Assembly (NCBI GenBank): GCA_964247055.1
Contig: OZ176050.1
Span: 11,904,001-11,968,000, forward strand
Length of the DNA: 64,000 bases
Reading direction: 5' to 3'
DNA from: Paragordius varius
Taxonomy: Eukaryota; Animalia; Nematomorpha
Shown here one piece after another: positions 1 through 11,501 of the stretch. The translations under genes were made by a program, and so were the position numbers. Under the pieces are notes generated by a model, which was given only the letters and a program-made list of their open reading frames with translations, was not told the origin of the DNA and made no database searches. Position 1 is the first letter of the stretch. Each line of letters starts with the position of its first letter.

Positions 1-85
1 TCAACAAAAATAATTTTTTGAATCTATTTTTCGCCCAAGTAAACAATATATTAGTATGAATGCACCGTTTTAAAATTCCTATGAG

Positions 86-1170
86 GTCATAGCTAAATGT
101 TTCGAAATAATTCACATATGTGGATCAGCAGCACGAGATTTACGCTGGTATATATATATATATATATATATATATTGATCATATATGAATATATTTAGTT
201 GTATTCAATTAATTTTTTCGTATCTAGTATAGCGTTGCACAACGAGTTGGAAAGCTATTTCGTATTTACGAAATATACAATAATTATACTGTGATTACTA
301 GACCTACGTTGCCGTCCATAGGTTACATCAAAAGTATACAGGTAAGCATGCGGTCTAACTTCACGAATCCGCCTAAAATCTATGGAATGTTTTACGATTG
401 CATCCATGAATTTAACCGTAATTTTGGACTTATTTAATCTTTAATATAGTGAATTTTTAACACAAGCCTTTGATTAAAATCCATTACTCAAGTTGCAACT
501 AAGTGTGAAGTATCTTCAGAGGGAACGCGCATATTTAAGCCTTTAGCATTCTTAAAGTGAATTTCAAACTTTCCCATAGATTTAGCTGATCCCCCTCTAA
601 GTGACTGATATATGCTTAATATCTTAAAAATAACATAAGGTGTATTTTTTGCGGATAAAAGATCTATTTTTAAAACGGACAGGCTCTCATGCCTTTAATT
701 TGATGGGTTTTACTTTTTATAAGCTACAAACGCTATTATAAGAAACCAACTGTGTCCCGTAAAAGTGACGAATTACATTCGTTTTACAGGTTAAAACTGA
801 GTTTAAAGCCTGTCCTAAACCTTAATTGAGTATGAATTTTAGTGAGAACTTATAAATTTAGCCTAAAAATAGTAATATTTTTTGATTTTTATACATTTAA
901 AAAAGAATTTGTTGTTGAAACTGAATATATATTTTTTTAGATACTCATCCTCACATAAGTCAATTGTTCCACCGGCAAAAACGTAAGAAACGCACTTAAC
1001 TAATACATGTTAAATTACATATTTTGATACAAGCGTTAATATTTATATTTATAGGTTTGTACATCGATATGCGTAGTATTTGTACCTGTATGGATGAAGA
1101 CAACGGCTACTATAATCTCATTTTCCATTTTGCACGTACAACTCAAATACAGTACGATTTCCTATATTAA
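86..1170 (+). CDS. 3' part of a multi-exon gene encoding a cystine-knot secreted-factor-like protein (Spaetzle/neurotrophin/IL-17/Trunk-like); 5' exons lie outside the window
   Basis: Six exons join with canonical GT-AG sites and matching phases: (86 or 93)-147, 228-261, 302-341, 724-789, 941-982, 1055-1170. The product is ..AKCFEIIHICGSAARDLRCIALHNELESYFTYVAVHRLHQKYTATNAIIRNQLCPVKVTNYIRFTDTHPHISQLFHRQKRLYIDMRSICTCMDEDNGYYNLIFHFARTTQIQYDFLY*, with 6 Cys including a terminal CxC. The family call is inferred from Cys spacing only. Confidence 0.6.
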
Positions 1171-1320
1171 ACAGTCTCAAAATTTAAGTTATAAAATTAG
1201 ATCGAAAAAATTATAATTCTATTTTCTCTCCTGACATTTTGTTATAAAAAAGAAATTGTGTCTCGGTTATGAAATAACCAGTCATTTTTATACATATGTT
1301 TATTACATGATATAAAGGTT

Positions 1321-1660
1321 TACCATTTACAATCAAATTCAGCCCAATTCACATTCACCCTCGAACAATTCAAATTCCCCCTCGAACAATTCAAATTTAC
1401 CCTTGAACAATATAAATTCACCCTAAAAATATATATGTGTTTTCGGGATAACTATCATTAATATGAAATATATTTTTACGACATAGTTTATTTTTTCAGA
1501 ATTTTAAATTTCATATAAAAATATTATATAATAAAGGTAATTTTTAATCTTAAAAACATAATTTATTTTAGGGTTTCGAGTGTGAGGGTGAATTTGAATT
1601 GTTCAAGGGCGAATTTAAATTGTTCAAGGGTGAATTTGAACTGTGAATTGTATATAGTTG
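1321..1660. mobile_element. TA-flanked MITE with CCATTTACAATTCAAATTCACCCT-type TIRs and subterminal ~21-bp repeats
   Basis: AATTCACCCTYGAAC repeats at the left end and their reverse complement at the right end. Related copies lie at 35609-35866, 48846-49100 and (partial) ~47390-47830. Confidence 0.75.
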
Positions 1661-1837
1661 AATTGAACACAAAACTTTATCTTTTTATTTATTTGATATA
1701 ACGTTTTTAATACCATTAAAAGCTAATAGTAATTTTTTTATTTAATTACAACGCATATTTCTGATTTTGGTTCTAAACTGGTTATGAATAAGAATATGGA
1801 CTGCAATAAAAAGTAGTCAGAACCCAAAAGCTTTATA

Positions 1838-1842
<5 letters not shown>

Positions 1843-1883
<41 letters not shown>
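1843..1883. repeat. (TA)n microsatellite, one of about ten in the window
   Basis: Directly visible. Others are near 149, 12727, 21757, 25947, 27430, 46478, 48810, 56297 and 57703. Confidence 0.95.
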
Positions 1884-1886
<3 letters not shown>

Positions 1887-4800
1887 GTAACGTAGAATTG
1901 TATAAAACCAAATATCCAGTCAAGATCTATCGAAGAATATTGGCAAATTGGACAGTTGCATTTTCCGAACAATTTCAAAGTGTTACCATTTTCGATCCAA
2001 AATATTTTACAACCCAAATACTTGGTTCATTTTATCGAATCGAATCAATAACTGAGGTTTTTTTATTGTATAAATTGGATGTTTCAAAAATTAAGTTTTA
2101 TATGTATATGGAAAGTACTGATTTAACATAATATGGGACATAACAAATACGCCAGTCTCAAAGACCAATGTAAAATTTTATTACATATTAAACCCTGGAA
2201 GATATCACGGGTTGGAACCGAAACCAGCATTTTCAAATCTTGTTTCAATTTAAAAACGGTTAAAAAATGACGATTATAATAATTGTTTTAAACTATATTT
2301 AACCTTATTTATGAATGTAGAAAATTCAAATTAGGTTTAACCTTGTATTTTTTTACTTTTTCGATAAGAAAAGCATTTTTTTGAATGTTCCAGCATAGGA
2401 AAATATCGAATTAAATTTTATATTACACATGAATTAGACCAAATATTTGAAAAGAAACCAAATTTATTTTTTATATAACTATGGAAATAAAGCAAATTTT
2501 GTTTCCTGAAGAATTTCAAAAAGACATAATTTTTATTATAAGGATGTCCTTAGTACTAACCATGTTTTGGTCTAGTGAATTTTCAAGTTTTTATTTCATC
2601 ACTTGTTTGTATATTGCCATATAGTAAATAATATTTTTTGGTAGTTTGCAATTCAAAGTTTAGAACGATACTTGGGCCCGTGCATACTTACAATACGCGG
2701 TCTGCATGACAGGGAATCACACAGCCTAAATGTTCTAAGTACAGAATTGGTAATTAATAATATTTTAATGATTTTTAAATGAAGAAACCAATGGGAACGT
2801 TATCATATTTCAGCTATAAATGATTTACACAAATTATCATAGGCTTAATTTAAGCTTGAATATCGGTTATAAGGCAAAATTATTTTAAATGGTTTGTAAA
2901 GTTTTTGAATAAATATTTTAGAACCTTTTAAAATGTGCAGCAATCTTTTGTTAACTGTTAATGTAAGCGTAAAATAATTGTTATAATCAAGTAGTTCCCA
3001 CTCATGATATTACGATTCTGGAAAATGGTTTATTATAAAAAAATCAAAATTAACTTTTTTGCTGACATTTATTTTAAGAGCTATTAAAAATCTTCATAGA
3101 TTTGACTAATTGAGATATTAATTTTTCATTGCTTTTACTTCATTAATATGATGGTTTAAAGCCAAAGTCACAAATGGCTTCATGCGCTGCATTTTCGTCC
3201 ATAAAAATCAGACAGGCCGCACATCAAAAAAATTACATTTGATAAAATTTTTGATATAAATACCTCCATTTGGCAACACTATTTTAAATTTACTTAAACA
3301 AAAAATTTATGCTTGTTAAATTTTATAAATCAATCTAAGAGAAACGGTTATTAAAAAATTATCTTAATTGAGAAATATAAGTTTTAAGTCACATAGGCCT
3401 CATATCCAATTCTTTTTTATCCTACCATCACAAAATTGCCACAAAAGTGACATTTGTAATATTTTTCAACATCAACCCTTATTGTGTTTATTTTTTTAAG
3501 GAAACAGATATTATATTTGAAGTAAAGAATGATAAATAAATATCATCTGAAAGCAAATATAATAATGAATATTTGAATAAAATAATAAACTTAAAAAATA
3601 TGAATTATATTTTAACTTTTTTTCGCGTGTTGTAATAAGAGTATTTGAGGGACCAAGCAGCTCGCGATCCGCGTGTTAAACTCCTATAGTTTAAAACTAA
3701 AAGCTAAACATAGAGTGAAAAGGTACACGGAAAATAAACGGCATCATATTAGGAAAACGTTTTATATAAATTTAAAACATGCTCATCCTAATTTACTTAT
3801 AGTTTTGTCCGTTGTTAATTAATTAAACTCATTAAGGATACGAATTATATTGGAGAAACTACTGTAATTTTAATAATTCTTTTATTGCCCATAGAATAAT
3901 ACATATTAATATTTTTAGTTTTACCTTGTGCAAAACTTTTTTATGGTTAACGTAACTCTTACCTCTATTCTATCCCATACATACAACTTCGTTTATGAAA
4001 AATCTTTCATACAATCCATTGTTTGCAATTTTACCAATACCTCTAGTTCAAAACTTACTCTAACACCAAATAATCCAAAATTTGTTTTAAACAATTTACT
4101 TATGATTTGTGATGATTTGACATAATTATTATATGAATAAAAATGTGGATTTATTTTAAATTTTTTCATTTAGTTATGCATTTTTAATATAAAATGTTTG
4201 TAACTGTTTTTCAATAAATATATTTGAAATATAGCACCATAATATTTACCAAAATATTTCCAGCTATTTGATTGGGAGGGCCAGGATAAAAAGGTTAAAG
4301 ATGAAAAGTTTTAATTTGTCCCTCGTGGCTTTGTCCAAATAAATATTTCAGCAATATAGGATGATCAAAATTGGAGCAAAAAATGTCCTTTGTCATTCTT
4401 AAACATGAATTTTGCCTTTACCTGGAAAAATTAAGGCTATGTATTCGTTTTATAGTGTCCAAACATTGACGAAAACTACTTTATAAATTTTTTGGGGAAC
4501 GTAAATACGGTTCAGTAAAAAGGCCGAATATGTTTAATGCATTCGATTAAAATAAAAAAGATATTATTTATTCAAAGAGCCTACATGTCCAGATTTTGTC
4601 ATAAAGTAACAACATTTTGATATAGACTAGGCGTCTTATGTTATGCAACTTTATATATAAAAATATATTTTAAGCAAAAAAATAAGGGATGAAAATTGGT
4701 ATTACACTTAATATTATGTCCTTACTTTTTCATTCGTCCAATTAATTTAGGATACAAATTGGCTTTTAATCTTTTTGTTTAAATTATTATCAAAGCACTC

Positions 4801-4929
4801 ATACATTATGGCACAACATTTATTGGTTAAATAGCTCAACTATGCTCGGCGCATTTAAACACGAAATTTTTTTTTATTTTAAAACTTAAATTGAACCTGG
4901 ACGGATTTTTAAAAAAGGCTAATTAAAAA

Positions 4930-6960
4930 AGGCTCGACCTCGTTGACGCATCATATATTAATAAAAACCAGACAAGCCTCCACATAGTGAAACAATCCGA
5001 AAGGCATCCTTTTATAGCAGAAAATTTTTTGTGAGATTATATTATCAGGAAGTGTTTGCGACTCTTTAGCTATTTGAGGTAGGCGTTTTTCAGATTTATC
5101 TAAGCCAGGGGATTTTAAACTTTTGTAATTCCTGACCCCATTTATGATTGCAAACAACGACCCCAAAAAATGTAAAAGAAAAATAAATATTTTTTGATGA
5201 TATATTTATTTGCCAACTATATACATATACATATGAAAATATATAATTTAGAATTCGTTTTGAAACATATAAAAATCTAAAATTATAATTTGCACAAAAT
5301 GTTATAGAAATGTTTTATTTATAGTTTCAAAAACAAAAGTGGATTTTGACCGTCCTAATTTTCTCGTATATAATAACATCTTCTAATTCAAAGTAAATTT
5401 ATATGATCGGAATAGAAATGCTGGTATAAACAGTCTTTCCGAACCAGAAGATTTAATGAAATATATTACGATGATTGTTATTTTTCTTTATAACAATAAT
5501 TTTACAAGGTAAAAAACATTTTTTGTTAAATTGTATTTTTATCACTCGCGACCCCATTATTTTACTACGCAATCCCAAATTGGGTCACGCCCATAGTTTA
5601 AGAAGCCCTGATCTAAGTGAAAGCTTGTCCAGCGCCAATTTTATTAATCAAAAAACGCTGAGATAATGTAAGTGTCCTCCTTCCGTTTGCGAATCTTAAG
5701 TCGCTACAGATTCTCAGTTCTCCGTTCGCTTTCAATATGTTAATGGTTGGCGGGCCCGACAAGGCTGAACCTCAAGGGAGTCGCTGGATGCTATGCGAAT
5801 TTTTACCGGTCCACTGTACAAGCCTAATTTTTCTTTAAATAGATTAGATTCAAAGTTTAAGATTGATTTGTACTTCAGGAATGTGAATAAATCTCTAATC
5901 TAATCCAAGCAGCGGGTTGCCATCCTCTCTTTTAGTACATTCTGCATACCCCAAGTTTCGCCCATTCATTTGCACTGTAACCGTTGTTACGCTCAGTAGG
6001 GGAAGTATACTATTATTTTATCCTTTCCCTGGCGGTATGGGTCTTATAATCGGTTTACCGAATTGCTTCAATGTCTTAAAATTCACAGTATCAGCTCCGT
6101 CTATTAAATAAATCCATTTTCTGTTTATTTTATTTTTACTGTCCATGGGTTTTGTGACATTGATACAACATTTCTAAAGATCTAACGGTCGAACATATTC
6201 TTAGCAGCATGTCGCTCTATATCTTGGCGAAGAATTTTCCGAATTTATTGTAATCGATTACAGCCAGGACATTTGTTTAGTCCATGGTACTCCCACAACG
6301 GTTGCATAAATGTGTCATAGGTTTTGTTGCTGGATGTCGTGAACGATTGGCATTATTATTGCACCGTAATCAACAAACATTTTATCTATTGCTCTAATTA
6401 GTATTAATTTTAAGAGCGGCCCAAGCAGCCTTGTGTGACAGGCAAGGTCCACTATTGTTTTTAGTGGCACGGGTTGCTCGTAGATTCCAGCATTCGGATA
6501 TTTCAAATGTATTTCATTTTCCAGTTTAGGTTGCCTCAAACCAATAATGAATGTCTTTCTTATATGTATTAATATATTCCTTGAAATCGGCCCGCTGCTA
6601 CTTTAGCACGCCCTAAGAATTGGGTAAAGGTTTCAGCTTTGCTCTGAATAGGTCAAAAAATTCAAAACGACTTAGTAATATAGATTTTGTGGAATTGAAA
6701 ATTTTTAGGTCCGTTAATCTCGCCCTACGTTGCATCGGCAATTAATTGGGATATAAATGTTGATTGATTTTACTCAAAAGTCCACCATAAACAAGCAGCG
6801 TTGTTTTAAGTGCTTGGTCGGTTATTGGAATTTCTTTGGCTTCCATAACATTTGTCAAGTGGCAAATGTATTCCTCAAACTTATTGTCATTATATTTTTT
6901 ACAGGTGGCGATATAGGCACTTGTGGTTGTCATGTTCGTTCAAAATCGGACACCAGTTTG
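4930..6960 (-). mobile_element. Degenerate Gypsy/Ty3 (Mag-like) LTR retrotransposon: gag, protease and start of RT
   Basis: PBS-like TGGTGTCCGA at ~6946-6955, just upstream of the gag ATG (6933). Gag fragment DNKFEEYICHLTNVMEAKEI. Protease remnant IDGADTV...GNPLLGLD. RT motifs PTINILKANGELRICSD and FCYKRMPFG. Many stops and frameshifts. Confidence 0.8.
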
Positions 6961-7004
6961 TTGGATTAATACTAATTTATGAAAATGATAATACATTCAT
7001 TCAA

Positions 7005-8972
7005 TGGCTTTGTGATCCAACAAACCGGTAAACCCATTCAAATCCAAATGTTGAAAAAATATAATCATTAATGAATGCCCCGACAATTGCTTCGCCCTTT
7101 TTTGAATTAGGACCCTAGTTCGGGCCCACCCCATGTAAAAAACGGTTTTTTTTGAAAACAGAAGCCCACAAAAATCGTGTCTTTTAGACTTTCCGGAAAA
7201 CGTGTTGGACCATCCGACTTCAAATATGATTTTTTTTACTTTTTCCGATTGCGCCGAACATAGTCGGCTCGCTTTTTTAATTTAGGCCCTTTTTTTACCC
7301 GCTCCCCTCGTAAAATGCCATTTTTTTAAAAAAAATTTCCATAAAAATTTTTTTGAATCTATTTTTTGCCCAAGGTCTGAGACCGTAAAAATTTAATAAG
7401 GATTCCAGGTATTTCCTGTTAAAAGGCAAAAATTTTTGTCGAGCGTTATTTTAATATTGGCTGCCGTGTAAGGAGATACCCGCTAAAAACTGACCCGTCA
7501 TATCGAAATAGCATGCCTTTGGGGCTAAATTTCAGAAAACCTATCAGGCCTTAAGAGTTTAAGAGCTGTTAAAAATATTATCCGTAACAAGGCTAAAAGT
7601 TAAATCGTGTAGTTCTTTTAAAATAGCCCTCAATTAGGCCCTTCACGCCCGGATAAATGCGCCACCATAGAATGATTTTTTAGTTTTGAGACAATTTTTC
7701 CAAAAACTAATGAGAGCATATGGAATCAATCATGATTTCAGGAATTCTCCGTAAAAAGGTGAAAATCTTAATCAAGCCCTTTTTTTGTATCAGCCTGTGG
7801 TTAGGGAGCTACCCGAAAACTGCGCCACCATATCGAAATTGCGTTTAGGAGTTAATTTTCAGAAAACTTATCAGGCCACATAAGTTTAAAAAGGGCCTGA
7901 AATATTACCCGTAAAAAGTCAAAAATTTAAGGAGAGCAGTTTTAATAAATTACCCCTTAATTAGGCCTTTGCACTGAAAATGCGCCACCATAGAATGACC
8001 TTTTGGTTTTGTGGCAATTTTTAGAAAATCCCATGAGAACATATGGAATCAATCATGATTCCAGGTATTAGCCGAATGACAGCGTACCATATTGATACAT
8101 CATGCCTAAGGACCCAAATTTCGGAAACCTATGAGACTAATAGGAACACATGGAATCCATGATAATCCCAGATATTCCCCATATAAAGGCAAAAATTTGC
8201 CCAACGCTTTATACGTCCATCTGGGTAAGGAGCTACCCGCCAAAAACGGCGCCACTATATGGAAATTGCGTTATTTTGGAACTAATTTATGAAGCCATCA
8301 GCTCATTAAAAGCTTGAAATATTACTCGTAACCAGGTAGAAATAGGGTCAGGCGTTTTTTTATTAGTCGTTAATTTGGGGCCTTTATGCCCTAAAAATAA
8401 GCCATCATATAATTATATTATTTAGTGTTAAGGTATTTTTTCGAATAGTATCAAAGATGATTCCAAATATTTGCCCTATAGGCAAAGAATTTAACTCAGT
8501 GGGTAGGGGTCTACCGGTTTAAAACTGAGAGGCCATACTAAAATGGCGTGGTTTTGGAGCTAATTTTCAAAAAACTTAAGAAGCCATACGAGTTCAGTTA
8601 AACATTTCTGGAGAATTTGTATAATATCATTCTTTCCTTAAAAAAGGGACCACAAATGATTTACTTTTTATATCCCTTGATCCCAGCTGTGTGAACAAAT
8701 TCCAAAATAAAACTTTTAAACATGATTTCCTAAAACGAAAATCTTAAAATAAATCCAATCATAGTTGAATATTAACTTTAATAAGGGACAGTTTAAATAT
8801 GATCAATTTCGAGTAAACTATGCAAATCCCGTAAAAAGATAATTAAAGACATTCTTTTTGTTAAATATGTTTTTTTATTATTTTTTATCTCCATTACCTC
8901 TACTTACTGCAAATCTTTAGGAATAATTATCGAAAAGACTATGTCACAGCTAAGCGTGACAGGGATAGCTAG
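7005..8972 (+). mobile_element. ~1.8-2 kb dispersed repeat with internal ~326-bp subrepeats; possible non-autonomous Helitron
   Basis: 7005-8795 aligns by eye with 37185-39540. Internal repeats recur (atcaggcc at ~7544 and ~7870). A GC hairpin TGTCAC-AGCTAAGC-GTGACA (8942-8961) is followed by CTAG|T at 8969-8973, a Helitron-like 3' end. A short piece also matches positions 1-40. Confidence 0.6.
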
Positions 8973-9069
8973 TATATGATAAATTTTGATATCAACTAAA
9001 ATATTTTTTTTTGAAAAATGCCCATATTTACAAAATTGATATAAAAATTTTGTTAAAGTGTACTTCATA

Positions 9070-9365
9070 GTATTTTTGATGCATGACTAAAACGGTATAA
9101 AAACGCATTATATTACAAAAAACCTTTATATAATTCGATGACGATAAACATTTCTATCACCTCTGAAAAAGGATTATACTATTCGTTTGTATTCAATAAA
9201 TATAAATTAAATTTATTTACAAAAATTACCAAAATTATAAAGCAAACAAACCTTTAAATAAAACTTCTGAAGCGATAGAAAGATTCAGCGTCATCGAAAT
9301 ATATAAAAAATGTGTTTATCTAATATTTTAAAGCGTTTTACAGTTTTCATCATGCCTCATAATAT
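9070..9365. repeat. Imperfect ~300-bp foldback (MITE-like)
   Basis: Arm gcatgactaaaacggtataaaaacgc...ttcgatgacgataaacatttctatc is an imperfect reverse complement of gatagaaagattcagcgtcatcgaa...gcgtttttacagttttcatcatgc. Confidence 0.6.
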
Positions 9366-9670
9366 AAATTACATTTCAACAAAATTATGCCTATTTTTTT
9401 ATAAAAACTATGTATTTTTAAAATATTTCATCTTATGAAAATTTAGCATTTACAATTTTTTTCGCTCTGCATTTTATGATTATTCAATTTGGGTCATCTT
9501 TTTAAAAAATATTGAAGGAAACGATTAAATTTAAATTTACCCCTCTAACTTATAATATTATATAAATAAGTCAAAATATCTAAATAAAACTAAGTTTTGA
9601 AAAAAAAGTTCCATGTCAAATTACTTCGACGCCATTTTTTTACAACATTTTTGCAAAATATCGTGTTTAT

Positions 9671-10252
9671 TTAACACTTGGATACAACACACTCATTTTA
9701 GTCCTTTGATTCAAATTGGGGTAGTTGGATACCCCAGGCCTGTTTAAAATCAAATACTTTAAAAAGTATGGAAGCAATCGAAACCATGGCAAAATTTTGC
9801 CCTTGTATAACATTAATAAACCGAAATATATAAAAAATTTAATTTAAAAATACTTTATATTACTTATTTTAAGCTAAAACTGAAAGGAAAAAATTTAGTC
9901 AACGTGACATGTGTTAAATTGTAAAATTAAAAAATAATACAAAATAAACCGCTTTTTCTATTTCTATCAATGTTAGATGTAATTTATATAAAAAATAAGC
10001 TTTAGTTTTTCCCTCCAAGACGATATTTTGCAAAATTTTTGTAAAATAAAAATGGCGTCGAAGTAGTTTGAGATGGAACTTTTTTTTTTCAAAACATAAT
10101 TTTATCAAAATATTTTGGCATATTTATATAATATTTATCAGGATAGAAGCATAAATTTAAATTGGGACCGTTTCCTTCATTATTTTTTTAAAAATTTTAA
10201 TTTAAAATTAGTCTGGGGTATTAAGATACCCCAATTTGAATCGAGGTGTTAA
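9671..10252. mobile_element. ~580-bp TTAA-flanked non-autonomous piggyBac-type MITE (copy A)
   Basis: Ends TTAA-CACTT...AGGTG-TTAA with subterminal inverted repeat GATTCAAATTGGGGTA/TACCCCAATTTGAATC. Partial copies flank it at ~9500-9670 and ~10380-10580. Confidence 0.8.
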
Positions 10253-10940
10253 TTTAAGCTTAAAATTAAGTTAATTTTTTGAATCACATTTAACATTAAT
10301 TCAGAAAATGTAGTATATTTTGCATTATTTTTATATTTGGTTTATGCTTACATGTTATGTTGGCTAAATTTTTACGTTTGGGTTTTACTTTGAATAAGTA
10401 TCAAGTATTTTTAAATGATTTTTTTATTATATCGGTTCCTTAATTTTATATAAGTGCAAACCGTTGCCATGGTTTCGATTTATTCCATATTTTTTGAAAT
10501 AATTATTTTTAAACAAGTCTGGGATCTTATTACCCCAATTTGATTTAAGGCCTTAAATGCATGTGTTGTAATCAAGTGCAAAATTATCCACTTATATATA
10601 GTGGACAAAGCATTACATAATCCTGATACATTTTTTTATCGGAATACATACATATTATCGGGATATTTTTTATTGTCCCCAATAAGTTTTTTTCCGGTTC
10701 TTTTTAATTTCTTAATATAATAATCGGTCTTGGGTAATTAGACACCATAAATTTAAAAATAATAATTAGCTACAATATTAAGAAAAGCTAATTTAATATA
10801 TAATTTATATAGCATTTTGTTCTAAATTATTTATTTTGATTTTGATTTTATTTTTATAATCATTTTCGTGGATACATAAAATAAATCAGTGTTCCTCTGA
10901 TCATACCGTTTTTGTCCTAATCAAACAAACCAAATAAAAA

Positions 10941-11501
10941 ATGGTATAAATTTTTATTTGACAAATTTGTTTAGTCTTCTGGTGTAACCGTTGATGAAGA
11001 GTGTTTGAAAACTTACGAAGATATGAAATTAAAGAAAACCTTAAAATATTGCATATTGGGTATGTCCGAAGATGATAAAAAAATTAAAGTATTGAAAACT
11101 GCCCCTCCAAGTGCCACTTATGATGAATTTTTGGGTGAGTTAAAAGATGCTGAGGCTCAAAAAGATTGTCGTTATGCCATTTACGATTTCGATTATACCG
11201 TACAGCGTCATGGCGCCCCTGATGCCAAAAACAATAAACTCCTGTTTTATATCTGGTTATTTTAAAATATATATTTTTAAATCTTACTATTATTATTATC
11301 TTCAAAGTTTCCCAATATTTATTTATTTATTTAAGGTGTCCTGCTGATGCCAAAATTAAGCGTAAAATGATTTACACCAGCAGCAAAGACGCCATCAAAA
11401 AGAAATTGGTTGGAATTGGAGGCGAAATTCAAGGAACAGACGATCAAGAGGTCAGTTACCAGGAAGTACTTGAAAAAGTTAAATCTGGAGAAAGACATTA
11501 A
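10941..11501 (+). CDS. CFL: ADF/cofilin actin-depolymerising factor (3 exons)
   Basis: Exons 10941-10943 (ATG only, as is typical of ADF genes), 10975-11255 and 11336-11501. Protein MSSGVTVDEECLKTYEDMK...CRYAIYDFDY...[42 protein letters not shown]...KSGERH*. A TCAGT initiator-like motif sits at 10886. Confidence 0.97.
10944..10974 (+). other. 31-nt GT-AG micro-intron (cofilin intron 1)
   Basis: gtataaatttttatttgacaaatttgtttag must be removed to join the ATG to SSGVTV. Confidence 0.9.

Noticed and set aside
4200-4430. WPSQS peptide on the minus strand resembling the Tc1 WPSQSPDL motif
   Set aside because: A single short motif with no ordered DDE motifs or TIRs; too weak to call.
7500-8100. 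Recurring motifs (gcgccaccata, atcaggcc) that superficially resemble CRISPR repeats
   Set aside because: Whole ~326-bp units repeat with no unique spacers, and the context is eukaryotic with no cas genes.
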